Origin: an uncultured Solirubrobacteraceae bacterium
GTDB taxonomy: Bacteria > Actinomycetota > Thermoleophilia > Solirubrobacterales > Solirubrobacteraceae
Length of the DNA stretch: 64,000 nucleotides
Direction of reading: 5' to 3'
Assembly: GCA_963758055.1 (NCBI GenBank)
Contig: CAVWTU010000007.1
Location: forward strand, 12,503 to 76,502
The notes beneath the pieces were generated by a model, which made no database searches, had not been told where the DNA came from, and saw only the letters and a program-made list of their open reading frames with translations. A program made the translations under genes and the position numbers. Below, piece by piece: positions 37,737-50,858 of this stretch. Position 1 is the stretch's first letter, and every line of letters begins with the position of its first letter.

Positions 37737-38440
37737 AGCCGCCGATCACAGGGATGATGCTGCTCGCACAGCTGCTGGAGGAACTGCCGGACGCGCTCTC
37801 GAAGCAGGTCTTCACGCACGCCTCCTGGAGCGAGCGCCGCAGCCGACTCCTACACGCGCCTGGCGTTCCTCGGCGACAGCGTGCTGGGGCTGGCGATCAC
37901 CGCCCACCTGTACCCGCGGCTGGAGGCGGAGCGCTTCGGGGCCGGGCGGCTGACGAAGATCCGCGCCCAGGCGGTGTCCGGGCCGGCCTGCCGGGACGGT
38001 GGCCGAACGCCTCGGGCTGCCCGAGCGGATTCGCCAGGCGGCGCCCCCGGAGCTGCGCGCCAGTGCCGCCGCGCTGGTGGAGACCGAGCGCGTGCTGGCG
38101 TCGGTGACCGAGGCGCTGATCGGTGCCTGCTACCTGAACGCCGGCTACGAGCGGACGGCCGAAGCCGTGGTGGAGGCCTTCGCGCCGGAGATCGAGCGCG
38201 CGCTGCAGAACCCGGTGGACTTCAAGTCCACGCTGCAGGAGCTGCTCGCCCGCCGCGGCGCCGCCGTCGACTACGAGGTCACCGCCGAGGAGGGCCCGCC
38301 GCACGACCGCCGCTACACGGTCACCGCGCGGGTCGACGGGCGGGCGCTCGGCAGCCGGCAGCGGGCGCAGCAAGAAGTTCGCCGAGCAGCAGGCCGCCAG
38401 GGAGGCGGTCGAGCGGCTGGTCTCCGAGCGGAGCGGGTAG
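37733..38440 (+). CDS. rnc: Ribonuclease III; frameshifted
   Basis: FTHASW, RLAFLGDSVLGL, EALIGACYL, DFKSTLQE, EGPPHDRRY, SKK..EQQAA. Confidence 0.88.
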
Positions 38441-38463
38441 ATGGTTGATCTAGGGGGCCCAGC

Positions 38464-41400
38464 ATGCGCCTGAAGTCGCTCAGCCTGGCGGGCTTCAAGT
38501 CCTTCCCCGAGCGCACGCGGCTCGACTTCGGGCCCGGCGTGAGCGTCGTCGTCGGCCCCAACGGCTCGGGCAAGTCGAACGTCACCGACGCGGTGCTGTG
38601 GGCGCTCGGCGAGCAGTCGCCGCTGGCCGTCCGCGGCGCTTCGATGCAGGACGTGATCTTCGCCGGCGGCCGTGGCGTCCAACCGCGCAGCGCGGCCGAG
38701 GTGGAGGTCGTGCTCGACAACGAGGACGGCACCGTCGAGCTGCCGCTCAGCGAGATCTCGATCCTGCGCCGGCTCGACCGCAACGGCGAGGGCGGCTACT
38801 GGCTCAACGGTGCCCGCTGCCGCCTCAGCGACGTGCTCGAGGTGCTGTCCGACACCGGCCTCGGCAAGGAGACCCACTCGGTCATCTCCCAGGGGCGGGT
38901 GGACGCGATCGTGACCTCCAAGCCGCGCGACCGGCGACTGCTGATCGAGGAGGCGGCGGGGCTCGGCAAGCACCGCAAGCGCCGCCGCCGCTCGCAGCTG
39001 AAGCTCGAGCGCACGCAGGAGAACGTCGACCGCGTGCTCGACGTCGAGCGCGAGGCGCGCAGCCGCCTGCGTCCGCTCAAGCGCCAGGCGGAAGCCGCGC
39101 AGCTGCACGAGCGCCTCGAGCGCCAGGTGCTGGACGCGCGGCGCGAGCTGACGGCCGACCGCGTGCGCTCCCGCCGCGAGGAGCTCGCCCGGGCCCAGAA
39201 GCAGTCCGACGGCGCCCGCGAGCGCCTGGCGTCGGTCGAGGCCCGCCTGCAGGAGACCCTCCAGCTGCGCCACGCGGCAGAGCGCGCCCTGGCCGAGCAG
39301 ACGGCCCGCCGCGAGCAGCTCTCGCGCCAGATCTACGAGGCCCGCACCGCCGTCGAGCGGCTGGCGCTGCGGCGCGAGCAGGTTGCCCAGCGCGCGTCGG
39401 AGTTGGAGCTGCGGGTGAATCGCGCGGCGGTCGAGCTGGGCCTCGCTCCCGTCCCCGCCGCCACCGACGACGGGCAGGCGGTGCCCGATCTCCCCGCGGC
39501 GGGGACTGCGGCGGGCGCCCCCGGGGAGCGGCCCCAAGAGCGGATCTCAGAGCTGGAAGCCGCGCTCGCCGAGGTCGAGGCCCAGCACGGCCTTGGCATC
39601 GAGAGCGAGCTCGCCGAGCTCAAGCAGGCGCTGGCCGCCGAGCGCGAGCAGTTGGTGGCACTCGATCAGCAGGGGGCGCTGGTGCGCGAACAGCTGGAGC
39701 GCGGCGAGCAGCGCCTGGCGCAGGCGCGCGAGCGGCTGGCGGCGAGCGAGCAGAACGCCCGCGATGTGCGCCGCGAGCGCGAACGGCTGGAGGCCGAGCT
39801 GTCCGCGGTCAACCAGTTCCTGCGCGACCACGCCCGGGCTCGCAGCGCGCGACGGCGCCAGCGCGCTGAGCGAGGAGCTGCGCGTCGCGGACGGGTTCGA
39901 GCTGGCGCTCGCGGCGGTGCTCGGCGGGCGGCTCGATGCGGCGCTCGCGGACGGCCTCGAGGGCGCGCAGGCGCTGTTGGACAAGGTTGGACCCGACGGG
40001 GGCACCGTGCTGCTGTCCCGGCGCCCGCACGGGGACCGGGCCCCCGGGGGCGAGGCCCCGGCCGGCCCTCCCGCTCCCGGCGCCCAGCGCCTGCTGGAGC
40101 TGGTGGACGGCCCCGGACCGGTGCTCGAGACGGCCGCGCGGCTGCTCTCTGACGCGTGGGTGGTGGAGCGGCTGGAGCAGCTGCCCGACAGCTTCGCCGG
40201 TGTCGCCGTGACGCCCGCCGGGCGGGTTTGGTTCGCGGCCGTCGGCGAGCTGCGCCAGCTCAGCGCCGGGGGCAGCGAGCGGGTGTTGGCCAGGCGCAAC
40301 GAGCGCGACCGGCTGGAGCGCGACCTGGCGGCGGCCGAGCGGGCCCTGCGGGAGGCCGAGCAGCTCAGCGCCGGCGCGCTGGGCGAGCTGTCCGGGGCCG
40401 AAGCGGCCGCCGGCACCTCGACCGAGGAGCTGCGCGAGCACGAGCGCCGCCGGACCGAGGCGCAGGAGTCGGTGCGTCGCAGCGAGTGGCTGATGGAGCA
40501 GCGTCGCGCGGCTCCCGCGCACGGACCGCTGGCGGTCCGCAAAGCCGAGCTCGAGGGCGAGCTCGCCGGCGAGCGCCGCCGGCTGGCGACGGCCGAACAG
40601 GAGCTGGCCGAACGCGAGGCGCGCCGGCGCCGGCTTCAGGCCTCCTACCAGCGTGACGAGGCTCTGTGTGCGCGGGCGGCACGCCTGCTGGCGGCGCTGG
40701 AGACGGCGGCGAGTGGCGCCGGCGCGCTGTTGGGCTCGCTCGAGCAGCAGCTCGGCGAGGACCGCCGTGAGGGTGAGCAGGGTGCCGGCGAGCTGACCGC
40801 CTTCGCCACGCGCGAGGCCGGCATCCAGGCGGAGCTGAAAGAGGCCGGGCAGGCGGTCACCGACGCGGAGGTCGCAGCCCAGCGCGCGCGTGACCACACG
40901 GCCGAGGCCGAGGCCGAGCTCGAGGGGATCCTGGGGCGCCTCGGTGAAGCGGCACCCGACCCCGACCCCGGGCAGCCGGTGCAGCCGCTGGACGAGCAGG
41001 CCGTGGCCGAGCTGAGCGCACGCGTGGAGCGGCTCGAGCGCCGGCGCGAGCAGCTCGGGCCGGTCAACCCGCTGGCCCAGGCCGAGTACGCCGAGGCCCT
41101 CGCCCACGTCGAGGAGCTCGAGGGCCAGCGCGAGGACCTGGAGACGGCGATGCGTGAGCTTCGAGCCCTGATCCGCGAGACCGACCGTCAGATCGAGGAG
41201 ACCTTCGAGGAGACCTTCTCCGCCGCCTCGCGCAACTTCGAGCAGCTGGTCGGTGAGGTGTTCCCCGGAGGCACCGGGCGGCTGCGGCTGGTCGAGGATG
41301 AGCAGGCGCCGCGCGCGGTCCTGGGTGGGGAGCCGCTGGCGGAGGGGGAGGGCGATGCCGAGGCCGGCGAGGAGGAGGAGCTCGAGGAGGTCTCGCTCGC

Positions 41401-41794
41401 CGAGCGCAGCCTGCCGGGCGTGGAGATCGAGATCACGCCCGCCGGGAAGTCCACGAAGCGGCTGACGCTGCTCTCGGGCGGCGAGAAGTCGATGACCGCT
41501 CTGGCCTTCCTGTTCGCCGTGTTCCTGGCCAGGCCATGCCCCTTCTACATCCTCGATGAGGTCGAGGCGGCGCTCGACGACCTCAACCTGGACCGCTTCC
41601 TGGCGCTGCTGCGCCGCTATTGCGGCGAGGCTCAGTTCATCGTCATCACCCACCAGAAGCGGACGATGGAGGCGGCCGACTGGCTGTTCGGCGTCTCGAT
41701 GGGCCAGGACGGCGTGTCGAAGGTGATCTCCCGCCATCTGGAGTTCGAGAGCGGACAGCTACCGGAGATCGAGGAGGTCGCCGAGGTCGCCTGA
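38464..41794 (+). CDS. smc: Chromosome segregation protein SMC; one frameshift near 39840
   Basis: GFKSF, VGPNGSGKSNV, SQG, EEAAG; C-terminal LGPVN, LSGGEKS, FYILDEVEAALD, ITHQK; between rnc and ftsY. Confidence 0.93.
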
Positions 41795-41809
41795 GCGACC
41801 GCCGCTGCT

Positions 41810-42820
41810 ATGGTCGCGCCGCTCGTGCCGCGCGACTGGAGCGAACTGTTCATCACCGCCGAGGCGCCCGATCACGCCGGCGAGCAGGAGGAGCAGCCGC
41901 GCCGGGGTTTCCTGCGCCGCCTGCGGGACAGCATGTCCCGCACGCGCCAGGCGCTCGGCAGCGAGATCCAGGCCACGCTGTTCGCGACGCTCGACGAGCA
42001 CACCTGGGAACGCCTCGAGGAGGCGCTGATCATGGCCGACGTGGGCGCACCGACGACCGCGGCGGTCGTGGGCCAGCTCGAGCAGGAGGCCTCGAGCGAC
42101 GGACTCGAGGGCGGGGAGGCGCTGAGCGAGCGGCTGATCGAGCTGCTGGCACAGACGGCGAGCGTGGGCGAACCGCGCATCGACCTGCGCCACAAGCCGA
42201 CCGTGATCATGGCCGTGGGCGTCAACGGGACGGGCAAGACGACGACGATCGGCAAGCTCGCCTGGCACATCCGCCAGGAGCTCGGCTACAGCGTCCTGCT
42301 GGGGGCCGCCGACACCTACCGGGCGGCCGCCGCCGAGCAGCTGGCCGGCTGGGCCGAGCGCGCGGGCTGCGAGATCGTCACGGGCGAGGCCGGCTCGGAT
42401 CCCGGGGCGGTGGCCTTCGAGGCAGTGGCGGCCGGGCGCTCCAGCGGCGCCGACGTGGTGATCGTGGACACGGCCGGGCGCCTGCACACCCAGGACGAGC
42501 TGATGGCCGAGCTGGCCAAGGTCAGGCGCGTGATCTCCCGCCAGCTCGACGGTGCCCCGCACGAGACGCTGCTGACGATCGACGCCACGACCGGACAGAA
42601 CGGAGTCCGCCAGGCGCGCATGTTCGCCGACAGCGCCGAGGTCAGCGGGGTCGTCCTGACGAAGCTCGACGGGACTGCACGCGGCGGCATCGCGCTGGCG
42701 ATCGCCCGCGAACTGTCGCTGCCGGTCAAGCTGATCGGTGTGGGCGAGTCGGTCGAGGATCTGAGGCCGTTCGACGCTCGTGACTTTGCGCGCGCCCTGA
42801 TCGCCCCGGAGCTATCGTGA
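41810..42820 (+). CDS. ftsY: Signal recognition particle receptor FtsY
   Basis: GVNGTGKTTTIGKLA, DTYRAAAAEQL, DTAGRLH, DATTGQN, TKLDGTARGG. Confidence 0.95.
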   Translation: MVAPLVPRDWSELFITAEAPDHAGEQEEQPRRGFLRRLRDSMSRTRQALGSEIQATLFATLDEHTWERLEEALIMADVGAPTTAAVVGQLEQEASSDGLEGGEALSERLIELLAQTASVGEPRIDLRHKPTVIMAVGVNGTGKTTTIGKLAWHIRQELGYSVLLGAADTYRAAAAEQLAGWAERAGCEIVTGEAGSDPGAVAFEAVAAGRSSGADVVIVDTAGRLHTQDELMAELAKVRRVISRQLDGAPHETLLTIDATTGQNGVRQARMFADSAEVSGVVLTKLDGTARGGIALAIARELSLPVKLIGVGESVEDLRPFDARDFARALIAPELS

Positions 42821-42826
42821 TCGGAG

Positions 42827-43261
42827 ATGGACGCTTGGATCGTGTGGCTCGTGGCCGCCGCCGTCTTCGGAATCGGCGAGATGCACACCGGCGGGCTCTA
42901 CCTGCTTCCCTTTGCGCTCGGCGCGGCGCTGGCGGCCCTGCTGGCGGTCCTGGGGGTCCCCACGCTGGTGAGCGCGGCAGCCTTCGCCGGGGTCTCGCTG
43001 GTCGTGGTGGCGGGCTTGCGGCCCATCGCCAGCCGCCACCGGCGCCTGCCCCCGCCGATCCGGACCGGCGCAGCGGCGCTGGTGGGACACCAGGCGATGG
43101 TGATCGAGCGGATCGCCAACGGCGAAGGCGTGGGCTGCGTGAAGATCGACGGGGGCGAGGTGTGGACCGCCCGCAGCCTCGGTGACGACGAAGTGATCGA
43201 GGCCGGCGAGCGCGTAGAGGTGGTCGACATCAAGGGCGCGACCGCGCTCGTGATGCGTTGA
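42827..43261 (+). CDS. NfeD family membrane protein
   Basis: Hydrophobic N-terminus, LVG..A.V, GEVWTARS, VEVVDIKGATALV OB-fold; upstream of an SPFH gene. Confidence 0.85.
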   Translation: MDAWIVWLVAAAVFGIGEMHTGGLYLLPFALGAALAALLAVLGVPTLVSAAAFAGVSLVVVAGLRPIASRHRRLPPPIRTGAAALVGHQAMVIERIANGEGVGCVKIDGGEVWTARSLGDDEVIEAGERVEVVDIKGATALVMR

Positions 43262-43292
43262 GGACCAAACCGATGAGAGGACGTGCGCCTAC

Positions 43293-44249
43293 ATGGTTGC
43301 CCTGATCGTGATCGCAGTCGTGCTGGTGTTCGCGCTGATCGCCGCCTTCCGGACGATCCGCGTGATCCCGCAGGCGCGGGCCGGCGTGGTCGAGCGCCTC
43401 GGCCGCTACAGCCGCACACTCGAACCGGGACTCACGCTGGTGGTCCCGTTCGTGGACCGCGTGAAGCCGCTCGTGGACCTGCGCGAGCAGGTCGTCAACT
43501 TCTCACCGCAGTCGGTGATCACCGAAGACAACGTCGTGGTCGCGATCGAGACGGTCCTGTACTTCACCATCACCGATCCGCGCTCCGCCACCTACGAAGT
43601 CGCCAGCCCCCTGCAGGCGATCGAGCAGCTGACCGTCACCACCCTGCGCAACGTGATCGGCGGCCTCACGCTGGAGGCGACGCTGACCGCGCGCGAGAAC
43701 GTCAACACCGAGCTGCGGACGGTCCTGGACGAGGCGACCGGCAAGTGGGGGATCCGGATCAACCGCGTGGAGATCAAGTCCGTGGACCCGCCGGCGGACA
43801 TCCGCTCGGCGATGGAGAAGCAGATGCGCGCCGAGCGCGACCGCCGCGCCGCGATCCTCACCGCCGAAGGCGAGAAGCAGGCGCAGATCCTCACCGCCGA
43901 GGGCGCCAAGCAGGCCGCCGTGCTGACGGCCGAGGGCGAGCGCCAGGCCGCGATCCTGCGGGCCGAGGGCGAAGCCAAGGCGATCGACACGGTCTTCAAC
44001 GCGATCCACGAGGGCAAACCCGATCAGGAGCTGCTCAGCTACGAATACCTGCAGATGCTCCCCCAGCTGGCCGAAGGGACCGGCAACACGGTGTTCGTGG
44101 TGCCGTCGGAGTTCGCCCAGGCCTTCGGGGGTCTGAGTGAGGCGCTGAAAGCACGCGCCCGGGAGGGCACCCCCAAGAAGGGCTCGGACGGGTCGGGCAG
44201 CGCGCCGCTGCCGCCCGCGCCCCCGCCAAGGTCGCCCCGCGAGCACTAG
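43293..44249 (+). CDS. SPFH/Band 7 (stomatin-like, QmcA-type) protein
   Basis: VVERLGRY, VPFVDRV, VITEDNV, TTLRNVIG, WGIRINRVEIK, QMRAERDRRA, AEGEKQA repeats. Confidence 0.9.
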   Translation: MVALIVIAVVLVFALIAAFRTIRVIPQARAGVVERLGRYSRTLEPGLTLVVPFVDRVKPLVDLREQVVNFSPQSVITEDNVVVAIETVLYFTITDPRSATYEVASPLQAIEQLTVTTLRNVIGGLTLEATLTARENVNTELRTVLDEATGKWGIRINRVEIKSVDPPADIRSAMEKQMRAERDRRAAILTAEGEKQAQILTAEGAKQAAVLTAEGERQAAILRAEGEAKAIDTVFNAIHEGKPDQELLSYEYLQMLPQLAEGTGNTVFVVPSEFAQAFGGLSEALKARAREGTPKKGSDGSGSAPLPPAPPPRSPREH

Positions 44250-44252
44250 CGC

Positions 44253-45588
<1,336 letters not shown>

Positions 45589-45792
45589 GGGCGCCCCGGC
45601 GCCGCGCCGGCGCCGGATGCCCGACATCGGCGCCCTGATCGGCAACGCGCGGTGAGGGCGCCCCGGCGCCGCGCCGGGGGCCGCGAGCGCGGGCGATCGG
45701 CGCGCTCGGCTCCCGCAACGGGGTCCCGCACCGTCTAAGCTGCCCTCTGCGCCCCAACCAGCGGGCGCCTTCAAAGCGTCAGAGAGGAACAC

Positions 45793-46047
45793 GTGTCGGT
45801 AAGGCTCAGGCTCACCCGGGTGGGCGGCAAGAAGGACCCGATCTGGAGAGTGGTGGTCGCAGACCAGCGTTCACCCCGCGACGGGCGCGTGATCGAGACG
45901 ATCGGGCACTACAACGCCCAGACCGAGCCCTCGACGATCGTGATCGACGAGGAGCGGGCCCGCAGCTGGTTGGCTCGCGGCGCACAGCCGTCCGGCACGG
46001 TTCGCAAGCTGTTGCACATCCAGGGGATCCCGACCAAATCCCGCTAG
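45793..46047 (+). CDS. rpsP: 30S ribosomal protein S16
   Basis: VRLRLTRVGGKKDPIWRVVVADQRSPRDGRVIETIGHYN...GAQPS; GAGGA RBS. Confidence 0.96.
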   Translation: MSVRLRLTRVGGKKDPIWRVVVADQRSPRDGRVIETIGHYNAQTEPSTIVIDEERARSWLARGAQPSGTVRKLLHIQGIPTKSR

Positions 46048-46076
46048 CCGAGCGCGTACGCTTCGAGCCGTCCACG

Positions 46077-46325
46077 ATGGTCGCCGAAAACGCAAAGCAG
46101 CTGCTCGAGTACCTCGCCGAAGGGCTGGTGGAGGACCCCGAGGCGGTCGAGGTCGAGCGGTTCGAGGAGGACGACGGGACGGTCGTGCTCGAGCTATGCG
46201 TGGGGGAAGACGACTACGGCAGGGTGATCGGCCGCGGGGGACGTACCGCCCACGCACTGCGGACCGTCGTGAAAGCCGCGGCCGCCAGTGAGGGCGTCCA
46301 CGTGCTCCTCGACATCGTCGATTGA
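46077..46325 (+). CDS. khpA: KH-domain RNA-binding protein KhpA
   Basis: LLEYLAEGLVEDP, DYGRVIGRGGRTAHALRTV; between rpsP and rimM. Confidence 0.88.
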   Translation: MVAENAKQLLEYLAEGLVEDPEAVEVERFEEDDGTVVLELCVGEDDYGRVIGRGGRTAHALRTVVKAAAASEGVHVLLDIVD

Positions 46326-46852
46326 CGCCCCCGCAGGTGCCCGCCGGGCGGGTCGGACGGCCCCACGGGCTCGACGGCAGCTTCTACGTGACCCGCCCCG
46401 TGGCGCGGTTACTGCCGCTGGGCGCCACCGTGCACGTCGCCGGGCGGGAGGCCGAGATCGTGCGCCACGCCGGAACCGCCGCAGCACCCGATCCTGCGGC
46501 TGGCGGGCGTTGATGATCGCGGCGCCGCTCATGCAGCTGCGCGGGCAGGAGCTGACCGTCAGCCGCCAGGAGCTGCCCGAGCTCGGCGAGGGCGAGTGGT
46601 GGGCGCACGAGCTCGTCGGCTGCATTGTCCGCGACGGAGGCCACGAGGTCGGCGAGGTGACGGATCTGCTCGAGCTGCCCTCCTGCGAGGTGCTCGAGGT
46701 GCGCCGCAGCGACGCGCCCGGGCCGCTGCTCGTCCCGCTCGTCAGAGACGCCGTCCGCAGCGTGGACGCCCAGCGGCGCACGATCGACATCGAGCTCGGG
46801 TTTCCTGGCGGACGCTCCCGCGGGGGCCGACGGGGACGAGGAGCGGCGGTGA
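46322..46852 (+). CDS. rimM: Ribosome maturation factor RimM; frameshifted
   Basis: GRVGRPHGLDG, LPELGEGEWWAHELVGC, LLVPLVRDAVRSVD. Confidence 0.88.
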
Positions 46853-47580
46853 GGATCGACGTCTTCACGCTTTTCCCGCAGTGGTTTGAGTGGTTTCGCG
46901 GCCAGCGTCACGTGGCCAACGTGCTCGCCGCGGGCTCGACGCTCGAGTGGTCGAACATCCGCGAGCACACCCCGTTGCCGGCCGGCCAGGTCGACGACAC
47001 CCCCTTCGGCGGCGGGTGCCGGGATGGTGTTGCGGGTGGACGTCCTGGACAGCGCCCTGCGGGCCCGCTACGGGGTGGACCCCGAGCGAGCTGCGCGAGC
47101 GCAGGAGGGTGATCGCGCTGGCGCCCGGCGGACGGCTGCTCGACGACGCGCTGGTCGACGAGCTGGCGGCCGAGGAGCGAGCTCACGCTGCTGTGTGGCC
47201 GCTACGAGGGCTTCGACGAGCGCATCCTCGAGCATTTCGCCGGCGAGGTCGTGTCGATCGGTCGTTACGTGCTCAGCGGCGGCGAGCTCCCGGCGATGGT
47301 GCTGTGCGACGCGGTCATGCGCAAGCTCCCGGGGCGCTCGGGACGAGCATTCCGCGCAGTCGAGGAGTCCTTACAGCGCCGCCCTCGAAGGGCTTCCCGA
47401 GTACCCCCACTACACGAGACCGGCCGAGTACCGCGGCTGGCGGGTCCCCGACGTACTGCTCTCCGGCCACCACGAACGGATCGAGAGTGGCGCCGCGAGC
47501 AGAGCAGCGGCCCGGGCGCCGGGCGAGGGGGACGCCGCGGACCGGGCCGAGCCGGGCCCGGACCGGAGTGGCGCCGGGTG
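46849..47580 (+). CDS. trmD: tRNA (guanine-N1)-methyltransferase TrmD; frameshifted; end uncertain
   Basis: [64 protein letters not shown]. Confidence 0.9.
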
Positions 47581-47656
47581 GCGGTTCGCTACCATTGCTG
47601 CGCGCATCCGTCACGCACCTCGTGTACGGCGTCATTACGGTGCGGTTCCCTCTCTC

Positions 47657-48070
47657 ATGAGCAGCGTCATCGAAAACATCGAGCGCGCCCAGCTGCGCCG
47701 CGTCCCCAGCTTCTCGCCGGGCGACCGCGTGAAGGTTCATTTCCAGGTGGTCGAGGGCACCCGTAGCCGCGTGCAGGTATTCGAGGGCGTGGTCATCAAG
47801 CGCCAGGGCCACGGCGCACGCGAGACGTTCACGGTCCGCAAGCAGTCCTTCGGCGTGGGCGTCGAGCGGATGTTCCCCGTGCACTCGCCCAAGATCGAGC
47901 GGATCGAGCTCGCCGCCCGCGGCGACGTCCGCCGCGCCAAGCTCTACTACCTGCGCGAACGGGTCGGCAAGCGCGCCCGTGTGCGCGAGCGCCGCTACAC
48001 GGGCCCCGAGGAGACCGTCGAGCCCGGGCTGCTGCACGCCCTGGAGGAGCAGGCAGACGCCGGCGAGTGA
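47657..48070 (+). CDS. rplS: 50S ribosomal protein L19; probably continues through indels as an acidic tail to 48361
   Basis: [57 protein letters not shown]. Confidence 0.95.
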   Translation: MSSVIENIERAQLRRVPSFSPGDRVKVHFQVVEGTRSRVQVFEGVVIKRQGHGARETFTVRKQSFGVGVERMFPVHSPKIERIELAARGDVRRAKLYYLRERVGKRARVRERRYTGPEETVEPGLLHALEEQADAGE

Positions 48071-48357
48071 CCGCAGAGGCGCCACAGGATGGCCAGGCAG
48101 AGGCGCCCGACGCCGTCGAGGCGGCCGGGACGGCAGAGGACGGTCAGCCGCAGGCGGCCGGCGAGGCCGATGAGCAGGTTGCGGCGCCGGCAGGCGCGGA
48201 CGCTGGCGGCGATGGCGGCCAGCAGGGCGGAGGCGCTCCAGGCGAGCGGCGACGGAGCGGGCGATGCGCCCTCCGCTGAGCCGGCCGCGCCGGACGACGC
48301 TGATACTCCCCCTGATGCAGGCGAGGGCGTGGCCGCCCCCGCCGATGATGACGCGGC

Positions 48358-48996
48358 GTGAGCACCGCTCTGGCCGGCAAACGCTCCAAATCCCTGACCG
48401 GCTCGATCGTCGAGCTGGTGGTGATCGTGGCCGTGGCGCTGGGCCTTGCACTCGCGATCCAGGCCTTCATCGTCAAGCCGTACAAGATCCCGAGCGGCTC
48501 GATGGAGCCGACCCTCTCGATCGGCCAGCGGGTGCTCGTGAATCGCATCGGGATGGACTTCGGCAACCCCAGCGTGGGCCAGATCGTGGTCTTCCATCCC
48601 CCCGAAGGCGCCGAGAGGAGCGGTGCGGCACGAGCACTGCGCCCGGGGAAGCGTGCTCGCAGCCGGTCCGACAAGAGGCCAGCGTGAACTTCATCAAGCG
48701 AGTGGTCGCCGGACCCGGGGACGAAATCTACATCCAGAACGGGCACGTCTACCGCAAGGCGAAGGGCACCAGCACGTTCGTGCGCGAGAAGGACTCCTAC
48801 ATCCGCGAATGCGGTGCCAACCCCGAGTGCACACTTCTCCAAGCCGATCAAGATTCCCGCCGGGCACTGGTTCATGATGGGCGACAATCGTGGCGAATCG
48901 GACGACAGCAGGTTCTGGGGACCGGTCCCAACCTCCTGGATCATCGGCGAGGCCTTCTTCACCTATTGGCCCATCGGCCGGATCGGCCCCATCTGA
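48358..48996 (+). CDS. lepB: Signal peptidase I; frameshifted
   Basis: PYKIPSGSMEPTL, FIKRVVAGPGD, FMMGDNRGESDDSRFWG. Confidence 0.92.
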
Positions 48997-49039
48997 GTCG
49001 TCGTGGCGGGCCGCGCGGCGGGGACCGCCGGCAGCGGCG

Positions 49040-49743
49040 GCGGCATACCGGCTCACGGCGCTCCTCGCGGGGCCCGGGTGGCCGGCGGGCGGCGGTACCG
49101 GCAGGAAGCTGTTCGCCTTCGACCGGCGCCTCGGGCACGCGGCTGATCGCGGGGGCCGACGAGGCCGGCCGCGGGCTGCCTGGCCGGCCCGCTGGTGGCC
49201 GCGGCGGTGCTGTTCGACTACGAGCGGCTCGGCACCCGCCGAGGTGCGCGCTGCTGGGGGCGCTGAACGACTCCAAGCAGCACACCCACGAGGCCCGCGA
49301 GGAGCTGTATCCGCTGGTGATGCGCAGCGCCGCGCGGGTGTACGTCGTCTCCCGGTGCGTCGCAGCGGGATGGACGCGCGCGGGCTGCACAAGACGAACC
49401 TCGCGGCCCTGCGCGAAGCCCTCAGCGGCGTCACCGCGGCGGTCGCACGACGAGGTGCTGTGCCTGGTGGACGGCTTCTCCGTGCGCCGACATCGGGCGC
49501 CCCCAGCGGGCGATGGTCGACGGCGATGCCACGAGCGCCGCGATCGCGGCCGCGTCGATCATCGCGAAGGTCACCCGTGACCGTTACATGCACCACGCCG
49601 AGGACCAGCACCCGGGGTGGGGCTTCGCCGAGCACGTCGGCTACTCGACCCCCGAGCACCGCGAGGCGATCATCGCCAAGGGGGTCTCACCGCTGCACCG
49701 GATGTCCTTCCAGTCGCTCGCCTACCAGCAACTCGCGCTGTAG
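49040..49743 (+). CDS. rnhB: Ribonuclease HII; frameshifted; start approximate
   Basis: IAGADEAGRG.LAGPLVAAAV, LNDSKQ, LVDG, DGDATSAAIAAASIIAKVTRD, HVGYSTPEH, HRMSF. Confidence 0.9.
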
Positions 49744-49799
49744 CGGGGCTGCCGGCGGCCCAGGGCGGCGCGGGCTCGAGGGTGGCCGGCCGGCCACCC

Positions 49800-50183
49800 T
49801 CACCACGCGCCCTCGAGGTGGTCGAGCGCGAGCAGCCGCCCCCGGCCGTCGACCACCACGCCGATCGCGTCGAAGCGGACCGCCGCGGCCCGGGGTCGCT
49901 TGCGGCGCTCGTCGGCCAGCCAGGCACGCGCCAGGCGGCTGATCCGCAGACGCTGGCGGGGACCGAGCCAGCCGAGCGGGATCGGTTCCTGGCGGCGCCC
50001 GCGTCCGGCCACACGGGCGGTCTTGACCTCCGCGAACACGAGCGTGTGCCCGTCGAAGGCGATCAGGTCGATCTCCCCTTCACGGGTGCGGACGTTGCGC
50101 TCGAGGACGTCGAAGCCGAGCCGCTGCAGGTGGGCGCCAGCGAGCTCCTCGCCGAGCGCTCCGAGCCGTCCGCGGGCATGCAC
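49800..50183 (-). CDS. yraN: YraN (UPF0102) PD-(D/E)XK nuclease-like protein; start uncertain
   Basis: LGALGEELA, LERNVRTREGEIDLIA, LVFAEVKT, VRFDAIGV, HLEGAW. Confidence 0.87.
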   Translation of the reverse strand: MHARGRLGALGEELAGAHLQRLGFDVLERNVRTREGEIDLIAFDGHTLVFAEVKTARVAGRGRRQEPIPLGWLGPRQRLRISRLARAWLADERRKRPRAAAVRFDAIGVVVDGRGRLLALDHLEGAW

Positions 50184-50324
50184 CGGCTCGAAGCTACGGG
50201 CGGCTTGGGATGCCCTGGCCGCGCGACACGCAGGGCCTCGCGGTGTCGGGGTAGAACGATCCGGAGCTCCTCGGGGCGGCCGGGCGCCGCGTACCCCGGG
50301 CCTTTTCTCATAGCCTGCCCCGCC

Positions 50325-50843
50325 ATGAGCACACCAGCGCCGGACGAGGGAGACGCAGGTGCCGCTGCCGAGGGCGATCCCGCAGCCACCGCGCGCGGAG
50401 GGCGCCCGGCGCCTCCAGGTCCGGGCGGCGGGCCGCGGTCGCTCGACGACCTCACGTCCTTCATCGGGCTGCGCTGGGAGGACCCCCAGACGGTGCGGGT
50501 CACGATCAGGCCCGAACTCATCAACAGAGGCGGCCTGCTCTCGGGCGTGGTCACATTCGCACTGGTCGACTACTGCATGGGCTCGACGCTTTGGGCCCAG
50601 ACAACCGAGCAGGAGCGCATCGCCACGATCAGCATCTCGATCAACTACATCCAGACCGCGACCGAGGGCGATGTCATCTGTCACTCGACGCTCAACCGCC
50701 GCAACCGCTCGATCGGGGTGATGCAGTCCGAGGTCCACCACGAGGACGGCCGCCTGCTCGCGACGGCGATCGGGAGCTACTCGATCTTCCCGCCCAAAGC
50801 CCATCTCGAGGATGCCGCCGTGCGGGCCCGCTCACGCGGCTGA
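50325..50843 (+). CDS. PaaI-family hotdog-fold thioesterase
   Basis: [42 protein letters not shown]. Confidence 0.8.
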   Translation: MSTPAPDEGDAGAAAEGDPAATARGGRPAPPGPGGGPRSLDDLTSFIGLRWEDPQTVRVTIRPELINRGGLLSGVVTFALVDYCMGSTLWAQTTEQERIATISISINYIQTATEGDVICHSTLNRRNRSIGVMQSEVHHEDGRLLATAIGSYSIFPPKAHLEDAAVRARSRG

Positions 50844-50858
50844 GGAGGCCCCGCTCCC

